Notes: a model not told the origin generated them from the letters alone. A stretch of DNA of 46,614 nucleotides, filler included, from Catajapyx aquilonaris (GCA_000934665.2; 2 parts of 2 records of this genome joined end to end with filler, not necessarily neighbours in it); one strand, 5' to 3'; positions 12,360-23,713 are shown, counted from the whole stretch's first letter. Numbers and translations are program-made.

Positions 12360-14387
12360 ATGGAAGTGATTTGTAAGTTGTCCATCACACTCCTGGTGGT
12401 CATCCTCAGAGTGGGGTCAAGCAAAAACGTTTCCCTCAATTCATCGCGTGATCTGGAGAGCACCCAAGTCCTTCATGCCCTGATCAGCGACATCACCCTT
12501 CATCGTGAGGACATGAGCGAGTGCGCCTTGGTGGTGTCCACTGACTTGTCCCGTCCGACGGACCATCCGGGACAGGATCTCCTCCTCCTCCGACAGTCGG
12601 ACAGGTACCTTCCTTGCCTCTCAATCCGGATGGCCAAGTTCCCTCATTCGTATGGAGACTATCCCTGGCTGACCAAGCAGGACCAGCTCCTGGATTTCCG
12701 GACAGTCCCTCCGCAGCTGCTGTCCCGGGTGTGGTCTGGCATGTCCTGCACTCTGCACGTCCTCGTCCCTTGCACACCGGCCACTCTCGGACAGCTTCTG
12801 ATGCACGCTGCCTCCGTGGTGAAGCTCGCTCCTGGACAGGACAGATTCCTGATCCACTTCCAGTCACCGGACACGGACCACATGCGCCGAGTGATGATGT
12901 CCCCTCCGGCCAGTTCACTCAGACTGAAGGTGTCCACCTGGATGGAATCGGGACACCTTCGGATGGAGACCGTCTGCTTCTTCTGCGGACAAGGTGGGCA
13001 CCAGAAGATCCGGTCACTTGGCAAGTTCCGTCCTGGCAGCACTTACAACGCTGATTACATTTTTCGGAATGAAGAATTCAATTTAAATGGAAGAGTTGTG
13101 AGATTTGGTGTCCTGTATGACCATACTGACTTGGAAGCAGCCAGGCGGAAGAGACGAGAGCACGGCGACATGACACTGGCAGCAGAAGTGAGATTCTTTC
13201 TGCTTATGGAAGACACACTGAGGTGCACAGTCCAATTAAAAGACATGGTCATCAAAGACGAGAATATTGAGTCTCGATATGAAAACGGTTCTTGGGGGGG
13301 ACTACTTAAACCTCTCATTAACGACGAGGTTTACATTTTGCCCTCCATTTATCTTTCTAGTGAGGTTTACCCCTTCATTACCTACACCTCTACAATGGCC
13401 TCTCTCTTCGGTACGTTTATTACCCGAATCCCTCGACGAGTCGTCACTTGGAGAGTGTTTCATAAACCATACGAATCTTTGTTTTGGCTTGCATTTGCAA
13501 TCACCATCACCATTTGTGGTCTTTCTTTTCATTTGGTATCAAAGAGGACTGCGGGTCATGCCATGACCTTACCCGTGTCTTTTGCACTCGTTCTTCGGCA
13601 TCTGGTCAGGCAGCCCGAAATGTCTGCGACAATGAGACTGCCCCTGCTACTTGCCACGGCCTTTTCTGTCTTCACAACAGTGTTGATCTGCGGATACGAA
13701 TCAAAGATTGTGTCTCTGTTGACCAGTCCTCCTGAAGAATTCGTGCCCACAACCACTGGAGAGCTCGTCGATTCCAACTGGAAAATTGAAACGACACTGT
13801 TCGAGTACATGGTGATTCAGAATATGGCATCTGGATACAACAACACTAATGTACGCAAAATTATTAACACCCTGACAATGGTGAAGAGCATTTCAGAATG
13901 CTTGGATAAAACATCTTCTGGTGACATTGCCTGCTTCGGAATCAACGTGTTTCTAGACGATCAGGTTCACAGTCACATGAGCAGCGGAGGGAAACTGTTG
14001 GTTCAGCAAACCGAGGACACAATTTTGCCAACATTTATTGTCGGCATCTTGTCAAGAGGAAACGCACCATTACTTCATGCTAGCGAAGTATGCATCAGAA
14101 TAATGACGGAGTTCAATTTGGCAAATAAGTATGTACAAGATGAGTTGTTTATGAATTTTCTATCCATTTTGAATCGTATTGTTGCGGCAGAGGAGCATAG
14201 TGTTGAGAGGAAACTGAAAGAGGAGCTGATCAATATTCAGAAATTGTCGTCTCTTTTCTACACGTGGATGCTGGGGCTGGCAGCTGGAATTGTTGCTTTT
14301 ATTGCAGAATTGGTAGTGTCGCGAAATATTTGCCCAATCTATGATAATGCTAAAATCGAAGTGGGCGTGTATGGTTTTGCCCTCTGA
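12360..14387 (+). CDS. Divergent ionotropic receptor (iGluR-related IR), paralog 1, intronless CDS
   Basis: Long ORF. Likely start at the signal-peptide-like MEVICKLSITLLVVILRVGSS. Motifs VCFFC, NLNGRVVRF, S1 NGSWGGLL, KPYESLFW plus M1, M2 followed by YESKIVSLLTSP, S2, and M3 LSSLFYTWMLGLAAGIVAFIAE. Confidence 0.9.
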   Translation: MEVICKLSITLLVVILRVGSSKNVSLNSSRDLESTQVLHALISDITLHREDMSECALVVSTDLSRPTDHPGQDLLLLRQSDRYLPCLSIRMAKFPHSYGDYPWLTKQDQLLDFRTVPPQLLSRVWSGMSCTLHVLVPCTPATLGQLLMHAASVVKLAPGQDRFLIHFQSPDTDHMRRVMMSPPASSLRLKVSTWMESGHLRMETVCFFCGQGGHQKIRSLGKFRPGSTYNADYIFRNEEFNLNGRVVRFGVLYDHTDLEAARRKRREHGDMTLAAEVRFFLLMEDTLRCTVQLKDMVIKDENIESRYENGSWGGLLKPLINDEVYILPSIYLSSEVYPFITYTSTMASLFGTFITRIPRRVVTWRVFHKPYESLFWLAFAITITICGLSFHLVSKRTAGHAMTLPVSFALVLRHLVRQPEMSATMRLPLLLATAFSVFTTVLICGYESKIVSLLTSPPEEFVPTTTGELVDSNWKIETTLFEYMVIQNMASGYNNTNVRKIINTLTMVKSISECLDKTSSGDIACFGINVFLDDQVHSHMSSGGKLLVQQTEDTILPTFIVGILSRGNAPLLHASEVCIRIMTEFNLANKYVQDELFMNFLSILNRIVAAEEHSVERKLKEELINIQKLSSLFYTWMLGLAAGIVAFIAELVVSRNICPIYDNAKIEVGVYGFAL

Positions 14388-14610
14388 TTGGTCCGTCGCA
14401 TATTGTTGCCGCCTCTTTTCCGATTGGGCGCCCCGTTTATTGTTACTTCGATAGTGTAAATTAAGAGCGTTGATTTATTTTAATTACGCATGGAACATTT
14501 CAGCTGAAGGAGTGACTGTTATGTATACAGTACGCGACGGGTGTAAATTAAATTTAAAAAAAGACATGAGCACTTCTCGAAATAATTTCATTTTTACAGT
14601 TGCTTAGATT

Positions 14611-17497
14611 TTAAGCCTCGGCCTTCGATCTCATTTCCGCCTGGACCCAGACGCCATTAATGGGCTTCATGTTGGCATGCACGACCTGAGTTGTGATCTG
14701 ATTCTCGAACCTCTCTGAAGGAACGAATCTGAACCTCTGAAGCATCTTGGCCAGACACAGCTTCATCTCCATCATTGCGAATCTCTCCCCGACACATTTC
14801 CTTGGACCCAATCCAAAGGGGCAGAAAAAAGGTTGGTGCTTCAACGACTTGTTCTCTGGACCAAACCTGCGGAGAAACAAGATTTAGTGTGCACATATTT
14901 TTACTTATTAATATTCTAATAATACCTGTCTGGATCGAACTTATTTGGGTTGGGCCAATATTCCGGATCCCGATGAAGCAGCCATGTTGGAGCCTCTAGG
15001 ATGCTTCCTGCTGGAAACTTGTATCCGTGGATTTCCACGTCCTTTTTGCACACTCGACTCGTGAATCTGCAATCAAATAATTAGGTTTAGGCCTGCAATT
15101 TTTGTTTAAATAATTCTTTCTGGTGGTACAAATTGATATCATTCGCTTCAACTGGAATTACAATACTTACGAAACCACTGGCGGATATAACCTCAGGGAT
15201 TCGAGGATAACTTGCTCCAAGTAAGGCATGTTGCTGGCATCGTCATAGGTCACCTCTTCATTTTCACCTATGACCCGGTCCACCTCGTCCGTTAGTTTCG
15301 ACTGAACTTCCTGATGCTTGGTCAGCAAATACAACGTGTAGGCCAAGCCAGTGGACGTGGTCTCGTATCCAGCCAACATGAATATCAAAGCGTTGTCTAA
15401 TATTTCCCGCTCTATAATCATACACAAGATGTCCCGATATGACCTTATAGATAAAGAGGGAATTTTCTTAGAGATTACCTGTTAACAAGGTCTGACCCTT
15501 AGCATTTAGGTTTCTGTTAGGTTCAACCTCTTCAGTGTCAGCCTCGTTATCTTCCTGAAGATTTCCTTCGTCAGCATCCATAAGGAGTTGAAGAAGATCG
15601 TTTCCTCTCACCTGAAATCATTGTTCACGAAATAACTCTGCAGAATGACCTATCAAACTCATTTGCTATCAAATGAAAATGAAAGTGGAAGAATATTCTG
15701 TAGCCTTGTGATATGCGCAAGGACTCACTCCTTTCATGCTTTTTCTCTGTTTGTAAACATCTCTCAAGCTGGAATGCAGGAACGGAATTCCTTTGTTATC
15801 AGCTTTGTTGAATAATCTTGGAAAGGTGTCGATTAATATGGAGATGCTTGGAAATATCGTGAACAAAATGAAAAGCCAGCTTAACCCTTGTTCGAACACT
15901 CTCTTCACCTCGTTGACCATGTAATACTGGAAGGGAGAAAAAATAATGTCAGTTTGGACACAATCGATCAGATAAAATGTTATTCTATAACCTCTTCTTT
16001 TTGTGGTTCCATGTGCAAAGCCATGGCGCACTTCAAGAGAATCTCCATCGACAGGTTCTGCACTCCTGGAACTGCGTCTATGCCCTCCCCTGATGTGCTT
16101 GCTGATTTCTCTTTGACTATTCTGCAGAGAGTTTCGATGCACTGGTTCATGGTGCTGTTCATCTGATGCAAAGACATCCCGGTCAACTCACTGCTCCTTT
16201 GTTTTAATTAATTAATGCAACAGGCCCACTCACCAGTTTTAGCTTTCCAGCGCTGAAGGCAGGTGTTACAATGCGTCTGACATGTCTCCACCGGTCATCC
16301 TCCAATGTAATTAGTGATTTTGACTGCCTGAACACATTCTGCAATAATTAGTTGCGAGGTAATTTATTGTAAAAATGTTGTGAAGCGGACGGCCCTGGAT
16401 GCCCCATTAACTTGTACAGTACATTATGGCACGAATATAATGTTAGTATGACAGGTAGGGCACCTCTCTGGCTATGGATAGCATGTATACTGTACTTACG
16501 GGTCTGTTGGTGAAAAGAGCAATCTCTTTGATGAATACGTCACGAAGCACATCTACATCTGTCACAAGGATCATTCGTTTCGTACCTACATAGTAACTAT
16601 AAAATAGATGCAAAGTAGTTATTAGCAAGACATCAATTTTCCAACAAAAAAATTCAGATAGTTTCATGATTACCACTAATAATAGATATCATGAACTATT
16701 GTGATGCAATAGTAATTATTTCGTGTATGCAGAGACGGAATTTAGTCTCAATAGTTAACCAGATAATGCACTCTTCTAACGTGTGGTGTAAATTTTCTTG
16801 GCAGATATTATTTAATTGTGATACCCTAAAATTGACTGATTCATGCAGAAGGTGTGCGCACTTTTGTTATGTACTTGTACTGCACACTGTACATTTCCAT
16901 AATTAATTAATTATATCGTTACGTGATATTTTATTTTTGTGTTATTGTTTGTTCGCGCTGGAAATTTCTAAAGCATAGTGACACTCTGAATGTGTTATAC
17001 TTTATTTTGTAAATGAGTTTGAGCTCATTTGGTTTGCGGCTGTATTTTTGCCTGAATAATTGTGAAATACTCTGTACACCACAAAAGCACCAAAAAGATT
17101 TCTTACCCAAACACGCGACCATACTTTTTGTGCCATTTCTCCAGAACAGACAGGTGAACCTCTATCTAAAAAGTTACAGCGCCATGTTAATACTACTAGC
17201 CTTTAAACACACAATCACATACACGTGGCCATAATTATAATTAACTCACTTTCGACATGTTCTTCAACACCAGTTCTTTCCAGTTGCCCAAAATCAGGCT
17301 CGGTTCCGGACCCGGTATCCCATACTCCTTCAGGATGGACTGTTTCTTCTTCCTCTCACTGCAATAATTAACACCTCCATTATTGTAATTAATCTGTATT
17401 CAAGCAATGATGGGGGGTCCACTCACTGTATTAGTGACGCCACGTACACCACGACAAATGTACAGAGGCAAGCAAACAGGTACAAGGCGACAGCCAT
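14611..17497 (-). CDS. Cytochrome P450, CYP3 clan, microsomal, 11 exons
   Basis: N-terminal anchor MAVALYLFACL, GIPGPEP, WRHVR (WxxxR), AGYETT (I-helix), ESLR (ExxR), FDPDRF and heme motif FGLGPRKCVG, recovered across frame-consistent GT-AG introns. Confidence 0.95.
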
Positions 17498-17871
17498 GGT
17501 CGGACTAGAATCATACTGAAGATAGCATGGTATAGGATATACACTGTTCAGGAGGATATCGTGACTGCGATGTAATCAGATGACGCCGTGTGTGCGTGAC
17601 TCTTAGGTAATGGAGAGCAAGTTCAAGTGCATCCTTATCAGAAAGTGCTGTCGTGTTAACTCTGAAATTTTTAAAAGCTCGAAACGTACAGAGTTGTGCA
17701 TTGTCCAAGTACACACGACAACAATGGAGAAGTATGCAGCGTTTACTGCCCTCACAATGTAGACAAAATATTATATTTACTGCTGATTGCTGGGTTGAAT
17801 TATCCAATAATATGACGTCGTAATCGTTCTGTATAATGTCTTTTTTGTGGGTCCTACCTAGGCCATTCTAA

Positions 17872-17975
17872 TCCCCATATATATAAAGCTCAATATTTGT
17901 ACGTATTAATGTATGTCACGCCTAATTAAGCCACTTCCCGGGTACGGAGAGCGCTCAAATTTCTCAGAGCCATGT
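17872..17975 (+). mobile_element. Possible Helitron 5' terminal fragment
   Basis: A|TCCCCATATATATAAAGC...TGTATGTCAC resembles non-autonomous Helitron 5' ends and the start of the element at 19437. No 3' end found. Confidence 0.35.
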
Positions 17976-18209
17976 CTTACATATCACTGACCACGAGAAA
18001 AGTCCCAAACCCGAACTCTTTTGAGTCTAAGGGGGGGGTTTTCAGCAGATTAAGCAATTGCCTAGCAACCCTGGCTGTCAACAAACCCAAATGATGGATC
18101 TGCCTCTCTCACTCACGTTCTAAAATGAAATCAACATTGCATCTTGAACAATGAAAACAATAGAACAACGGGCAGGTTGGCAAGAATAATATAATTGCAG
18201 TACACGTAG

Positions 18210-18358
18210 CAAGGGGGTAATCACTTCGGTACTCCGGTGTACACCTGGGAGTGGTACTCCCTGGTACTCCTCAGGCACCTCACTCTTTATTACTCCGTGG
18301 TACTCCTTGAATTTGGTACTCCAGTGTACACTTTTCACTCGAGTGATTACCCCCCTTG
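18210..18358. mobile_element. 149-bp MITE with 8-bp TSD (P-element- or hAT-type)
   Basis: TIRs CAAGGGGGTAATCACT / AGTGATTACCCCCCTTG, exact 8-bp TSD ACACGTAG (18202-18209 and 18359-18366), and internal GGTACTCC repeats. Confidence 0.85.
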
Positions 18359-18614
18359 ACACGTAGGGTATTGTAACAATAATTAATGGTTGGAGTACTT
18401 CGGGGAGTGCCGAGATCAACAATACCGAACAATACAGTACTGCACAGTTCATATATCGATAGAACCTGCCACAAGGCACAGAGGAAAGAAGAGCAGGTAT
18501 ACGTTCGTGTGTTTGGTCTCATCAGAAGTGTTGAAGTGATGCCTTCATGTTCAGATTGTGTTGTCATCAAATATTTAAAAAAAAAAATTATACAAATTTT
18601 TCAAATGTAATTTT

Positions 18615-18831
18615 AAAACCGGGGTTAATGCGAAACGGCGTAAAATGGAGCGGCATAAAACGGGTACTTCCCGCATGGGAAATCTTTCTTGGCCGCTTCA
18701 CAACCAGCAAGCTATCATAATTTCCACGTTATCACAATTTTTCAATTAAAAAATTTTATGATGTCATTTTCAAACCAGCGTTAATGTGGAACGGCGTAAA
18801 ATGGAGGGGTGTAAAACGGGTACCTACTGTA
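18615..18831. mobile_element. Tc1/mariner-pogo-like transposon end with a duplicated subterminal block
   Basis: An approximately 50-bp direct repeat (18615-18666 and 18772-18823) ending in TACTG|TA. The matching opposite TIR was not found. Confidence 0.45.
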
Positions 18832-18845
18832 TTATTTTGATAATT

Positions 18846-19313
18846 GGACGGTGTTATGCAATAATGCGTCAACCCACGCAAGACCAGTTTTGAGAAAAAG
18901 GGGCTTTGAAGGTCATACCTGTGAAATTAATTCAGTGTTCTTTTGGGTCATTTATGGCAGAAGTATGCACATTTCACCAGCATGATTTTAACTGAATGAT
19001 GTAGGATCCTTTAGGTCAGCGGTTCTTAGCCTGGGGTGCCCGCACCTCCAGGGGGTGCGAGGTGGCTTCCCTGGGGGATGCGAGCAAGGTGCACCTCGGG
19101 ACTTAATCTAAACAAGAGCTAATAACTGGTCTAACTATGAACGTAATCAATCACCCCTGGTATAGGGGGTGCGACAAGGACCAATATATTGTCTACAAAG
19201 GGGTGCGGAGGCCCTAAAAGGTTAAGAACCTCTGCTTTAGGTGTATGTTCCTGGGCTTGGCTCAATTTTGACATTTTTGTGGGTTATTGACCCATTATTG
19301 CATAACAATGTCC
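18846..19313. mobile_element. Sola1-like non-autonomous element (host of a nested hAT MITE)
   Basis: TIRs GGACGGTGTTATGCAATAATG.GTCAA with AATT on both sides. Homologous copies at 45582-45957; a TIR fragment near 35580. Confidence 0.8.
19017..19234. mobile_element. hAT (Charlie-like) MITE nested in the Sola-like element
   Basis: TIRs CAGCGGTTCTTAGCCT / AGGTTAAGAACCTCTG and an exact 8-bp TSD CTTTAGGT (19009-19016 and 19235-19242). The empty site is seen in the host copy near 45700. Confidence 0.9.
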
Positions 19314-19436
19314 AATTATCCCTCCGCTTTCGATCACTTCTGTGTACGTTGACTGACACCAAGTTCAACATATGTACCAGACACTACACACGGGTTTGCT
19401 GCTATAAATTAATTAATAAATAACATATTTTGATAA

Positions 19437-19983
19437 TCTACGTATGTAAAGCAAAAAAATAACATTTGTTTGCCTGTGGCAACAGAATTTTGTTGGTGAT
19501 TACCATAGAAACAGGCCTGTAAATGGTTTCAAATTTTGCACTTCCCCCAATGTTTTTATCCAAAAAAAAATTATGTCCCCTCCCCCCGATGTATCTCCAC
19601 CTTGCCATGGTGGTGGGCTTTCGTTTTCCCATGACCCTGAAGAGCTATGCCGGCGGTAGTTTCGTCTACTGGTAGGGCCGCCCAAGTCGGACAGGTCTTT
19701 GGGATAGGAGACAGACTAAGAGAGATGCCAGTCTTTCCTCTCTTCTTTTTCCTCTTTGTTTCTCTCTCCATCTGTCCCACCTTTTTGTATTCTGAAAACC
19801 ACATAGCCATAGTTGCGTGGCTCTTTATTACGCAAACAAACCAGAATTTTTACACCCTTCCAGTGCCTGCATATGCAATGGAATGAGCAGTTTTGCATTT
19901 AATATTGCCTGAGATCTGAGAAGATTTCGGTGTAATTATCCACGCTCTTTTTTTCCCGTGCGAAGAACGGGTACCGCTGCTAG
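19437..19983 (+). mobile_element. Non-autonomous Helitron
   Basis: 5' end A|TCTACGTATGTAAAGC. 3' hairpin CCCGTGCGAAGAACGGG followed by TACCGCTGCTAG|T. Insertion between A and T with no TSD. Confidence 0.7.
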
Positions 19984-20153
19984 TATTTTTATAAATAAAA
20001 AAGCTCTCTGCTGGTTACGTAACATCATATACACCTCATCATGAAGTCTTTATGATAGCCTTACTTTGCTAACAGGTTTCCGGTATTACTCACATGCATT
20101 ATTTGTGGCCTAGATTGCTATTGACGTGTTAGGGACTATCCACTAACTACTGT

Positions 20154-20210
20154 AGATTGTCCAATTTTTGGCAAGTGCTAATGGACAATCAACACACATC
20201 TTGAATTGTT
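20154..20210 (+). repeat. Diverged direct repeat, copy upstream of IR paralog 2
   Basis: AGATTG.CCAATTTT.GGC.AGTGCTAATGGACA recurs at 22644-22700. Confidence 0.65.
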
Positions 20211-20360
20211 GATGTGCTGGTTCTAAGAAATAAGTGTCCTACAGCATTATTTCACGTAATCAAAATAAACAGAGAAACACATTATAAGTGGCTTAGACGC
20301 CATCACATGACCTTCAATTGCGATATTTGATGCCAATTTGCTAAACAAGCTCAATTACTA

Positions 20361-20385
20361 ATTCACGACAAATTCGTCGAGTGCT
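20361..20385 (+). promoter_or_regulatory. Conserved non-coding motif upstream of IR paralog 2
   Basis: 24 of 25 positions match 12201-12225. Confidence 0.5.
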
Positions 20386-20424
20386 GAACAACATAATGTA
20401 ATTTCCAACAGTTGCGTTGAAAAC

Positions 20425-22410
20425 ATGCTCGAGGCTGCCTTCCTGCTGTGTCTTCTGGTGGTCGTGACCATCTATGTAATGGGTGTGTTCGGGGATATTG
20501 GACTGAGAAGACCTACTGAAGTAGAGGAAACTACTGCTCTGCACATGAACAGACTAATATTTCACAGCGGCGTTGTACCGAGATCGTGTGCTCTGGTCAT
20601 GTCCACTGACCACCGAACTGGTGCATCGCAGAAACTGCTTGTGGAGCAATCAGACGAGTACCTGCCATCTCTCGCAATCAGGATGGACACCTTTCCATAT
20701 TCATATCGAGACTACTCCTGGCTACAGAAGCAGAACGAACTGCTGGACTTTCGGACAGTCCCTCCAGAGCTGTTGTCCCAGATCTGGTCAGGCATGTCCT
20801 GCACATTACATGTCCTCATTCCTTCGACACCTTCCTCACTGGCACATCTCTTGATGTACACTGCATCAATAGCGAAAGTGTCTCCTGGACAGGATCGATT
20901 CCTAATTCACTTCCAATCACCAGACATCACTAAAGATGTGTACCACGTGATGAAGTCACCACCTGCCAGTGCACTCAGGCTTAAGGTATTCACCAGGGTA
21001 GAATATGGACAGCTTCACATGGAGACCGTCTGCTTCTTTTGCGGTGATGGAGGACAACAGGATGTCCTCTTTCTGGGACACTTGGGCTCAGCGAACGATA
21101 CCAACTTGGAACACTTGTGGAAAAGCAACGAACTGGACTTTCACGGAAGGGAAATACGAGTGGGCACTATCATAGACTTTGATCTCGAAGGAGCCAGGAG
21201 GAAGAAAATAGAACAAGGAGAGATAACGCTGGACGCAATGCAACGAGTGCTACTTACCGCAGAGGAACTTCTAAAAGGTAGAGTTCACTTCATATTCACA
21301 GAGAAGGACGCATCTGTTGACTACAGGCTCCCAAACGGATCTTGGCACGGGTGCATAGAACCCATCCTCAAGAATACGTCGGACGTAATGCCCACGTACT
21401 TCATGCCCGATGAGACAGTTCCTTTCCTTTTGTTCACCGCTCCAGTTTTGTATGGCTACGGAGCTTTTCTGACCAGAAATCCTCAGGGGATCGTCTCATG
21501 GACGGCCATATACAAACCATACGAGCCATCATTTTGGTTTGCTTTCATTGCCAGCAGTTCCATCATTGCCATTGCTCTTCATTTCTTCACCAAGTGGAAC
21601 AGAAGAAGTGTACCAATCACCCATTCTTTGGCGTTCGTCCTTCGAGATCTGGTGGAGCAGCCCATAGACTACGCGAGACTGGGAATTCCCTTAGCATTTG
21701 CCACCGCCTTCTCGATATTCTCAACAGTGGTGATCTGCGGATACAAGGCTAAAGTGACAGCATTTCTGACGTGGCCTCCCAGAGAATTTGTGCCCGTAAA
21801 TCTTCAGGAGCTGCTGACTTCCACTTGGAGTGTGGAGGCCACCTTGGTTGACTACACGATCCTCAAGAACATAATTACTGAAGAAAGTGATTCGACTCTG
21901 AAAAGTCTTCTTGGCCTGAACACCTTCTCGGTAGTCCAGAACGTTCCAAGCTGCCTGGACAAAACTAGGGATCAGGACGTGGCGTGTCTGGGACTCAACT
22001 TTTTTCTGAACCAGAACGTGTACAAGTACATGAGCAGCGACGGAGAACTTCAGGTGAAGTATTCTGAAGACAAGTCATACATTCAACCTGCAACTGTCAT
22101 CGTCTCCAGAGGAAACGCTCCTTTCCTGCACATTTTGGAGAGGTCTCTAGTTCGCGTGATTATTGAGTCAAACCTGGTCGAGAAGTTTTTGCAGGACGAG
22201 CTGGACGTGAAAATTCTGTACAATCGCAAAGCCAACATGGTCATGGAGGAAGCAATAATGGACAGGATCAAGGACGACATTGTGGACATTTACAAGTTGT
22301 CGTCTGTGTTTTACATCTGGCTGTTGGGTCTGGGCGTCAGTTCAGTCGCGTTCTTGGCCGAGTTGGTGCCTAAGAGACGAAAGGAACCCCAGTTCCCTTT
22401 CATGCTGTAA
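20425..22410 (+). CDS. Divergent ionotropic receptor, paralog 2, intronless CDS
   Basis: 661-aa ORF with a signal peptide, VCFFC, DFHGREIRV, NGSWHG, KPYEPSFW, YKAKVTAFLTWP and M3 LSSVFYIWLLGLGVSSVAFLAE. Collinear with paralog 1. Confidence 0.92.
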   Translation: MLEAAFLLCLLVVVTIYVMGVFGDIGLRRPTEVEETTALHMNRLIFHSGVVPRSCALVMSTDHRTGASQKLLVEQSDEYLPSLAIRMDTFPYSYRDYSWLQKQNELLDFRTVPPELLSQIWSGMSCTLHVLIPSTPSSLAHLLMYTASIAKVSPGQDRFLIHFQSPDITKDVYHVMKSPPASALRLKVFTRVEYGQLHMETVCFFCGDGGQQDVLFLGHLGSANDTNLEHLWKSNELDFHGREIRVGTIIDFDLEGARRKKIEQGEITLDAMQRVLLTAEELLKGRVHFIFTEKDASVDYRLPNGSWHGCIEPILKNTSDVMPTYFMPDETVPFLLFTAPVLYGYGAFLTRNPQGIVSWTAIYKPYEPSFWFAFIASSSIIAIALHFFTKWNRRSVPITHSLAFVLRDLVEQPIDYARLGIPLAFATAFSIFSTVVICGYKAKVTAFLTWPPREFVPVNLQELLTSTWSVEATLVDYTILKNIITEESDSTLKSLLGLNTFSVVQNVPSCLDKTRDQDVACLGLNFFLNQNVYKYMSSDGELQVKYSEDKSYIQPATVIVSRGNAPFLHILERSLVRVIIESNLVEKFLQDELDVKILYNRKANMVMEEAIMDRIKDDIVDIYKLSSVFYIWLLGLGVSSVAFLAELVPKRRKEPQFPFML

Positions 22411-22643
22411 TGACGGAAGACTTGGCAATAATTCTGATCAAACAAGATGATAAATTCATCAATATCTTGTCATGCAGGATTTCTCCACTATTTTGCACAA
22501 TTCCTACCAGCTTAAACCATCAAGTAATTTTTGAGTGTAAGGCGTAACACGAATGGTTTGCGATACTTACTGATTTTATTTATTATAATTGACAATGTTT
22601 CACCTTACAAGATGCATGAATTAATTAGGGAAAATTACTAACA

Positions 22644-22700
22644 AGATTGGCCAATTTTAGGCCAGTGCTAATGGACACGAAACACAGGTCTTGATTATTA
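22644..22700 (+). repeat. Diverged direct repeat, copy downstream of IR paralog 2
   Basis: Homologous to 20154-20210. Confidence 0.65.
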
Positions 22701-23247
22701 TTTATAGATGATATCGTACAGGACCACTCAGGTGTCGAACACCAATTCCTTGCGAGTACAAGGAAGCAGAATGAAAGGAGAAAAGTATCACATCAAAATA
22801 ATGGAAGGACGTCTACTATATCACAATGAATAAGCTTCAATTGCAACACCATAAAATCTTTCGCCAATATAATTTTATTTTCAATTTTTGCGCCCTCTTG
22901 AATGAAACTCGACTGAAAATAAAGACGCAGATTATGTAACACTAGGGTAAATCGAACCGTTTACTGTACGAAGTGTATACATAAGGCACTCGATTCCAAT
23001 CAACTCTAACTACGTACATTATTTCGCCACTTGCGACCTTTTCCGATATTGACCTGATCGAGCGGTACTTTCTACAGTATAACAGTACAGTACATCTGTG
23101 CTGCATGTATACTTGTATGACCGCAGCCTGACTTTGATGATATGGTTATATAGTTGGGCGAGTAAGGAAAAAAAAACTGCACTTTATGAGGAGAACAGCA
23201 AACTTGGCATACATCATGTCCACACCTATTGTCAACGTTTAGGAAGG

Positions 23248-23347
23248 NNNNNNNNNNNNNNNNNNNNNNNNNNNNNNNNNNNNNNNNNNNNTTAATTAAT
23301 TAANNNNNNNNNNNNNNNNNNNNNNNNNNNNNNNNNNNNNNNNNNNN
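23248..23347. other. Assembly gap with a TTAATTAATTAA linker
   Basis: N runs flank a 12-mer that has stop codons in all six frames. Confidence 0.95.
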
Positions 23348-23470
23348 TCCTTGTCTATGAACCCCCTCTAGATGGCGTTTCCGGACACGGGTTCCTATGT
23401 CAAAAATACTTGTCTTGGTCCCCTCTATTATCCCTGAAAGTCTTCGCAGAGTTACAATAGACACCCTGTA
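23348..23470. mobile_element. Right end of a Tc1/mariner-type non-autonomous element
   Basis: Ends in GACACCCTG|TA. About 88 bp of it is repeated at 23836-23923. Confidence 0.55.
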
Positions 23471-23479
23471 TAATATAAT

Positions 23480-23713
23480 ACCTAGAGGAGGTACTCCCTA
23501 TCCTTTTCCATTAGACAGGCTGAGGCAGCCGCCATCTTGTTGGAGGTAATATTGTTGTTCTAACAGTTGTCTAGCAACTGGGACAACAACCAATAATGAC
23601 AACTGGGCGACAATTAGTTCAATAATGTCAGGCGTCCGCCATCTTGTTGGAGGTCATATTGTTGCCTGCATTGTTGCCTGCCTCACATTTCAGGCCGAGT
23701 ACCTCCTCTAGGT
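23480..23713. mobile_element. MITE with 17-bp TIRs in a TA-rich context
   Basis: ACCTAGAGGAGGTACTC / GAGTACCTCCTCTAGGT, with an internal direct repeat CCGCCATCTTGTTGGAGGT.ATATTGTTG. Confidence 0.75.

Noticed and set aside
23292..23303. TTAATTAATTAA palindrome embedded in Ns
   Set aside because: Scaffolding linker with stops in all six frames; not biological.
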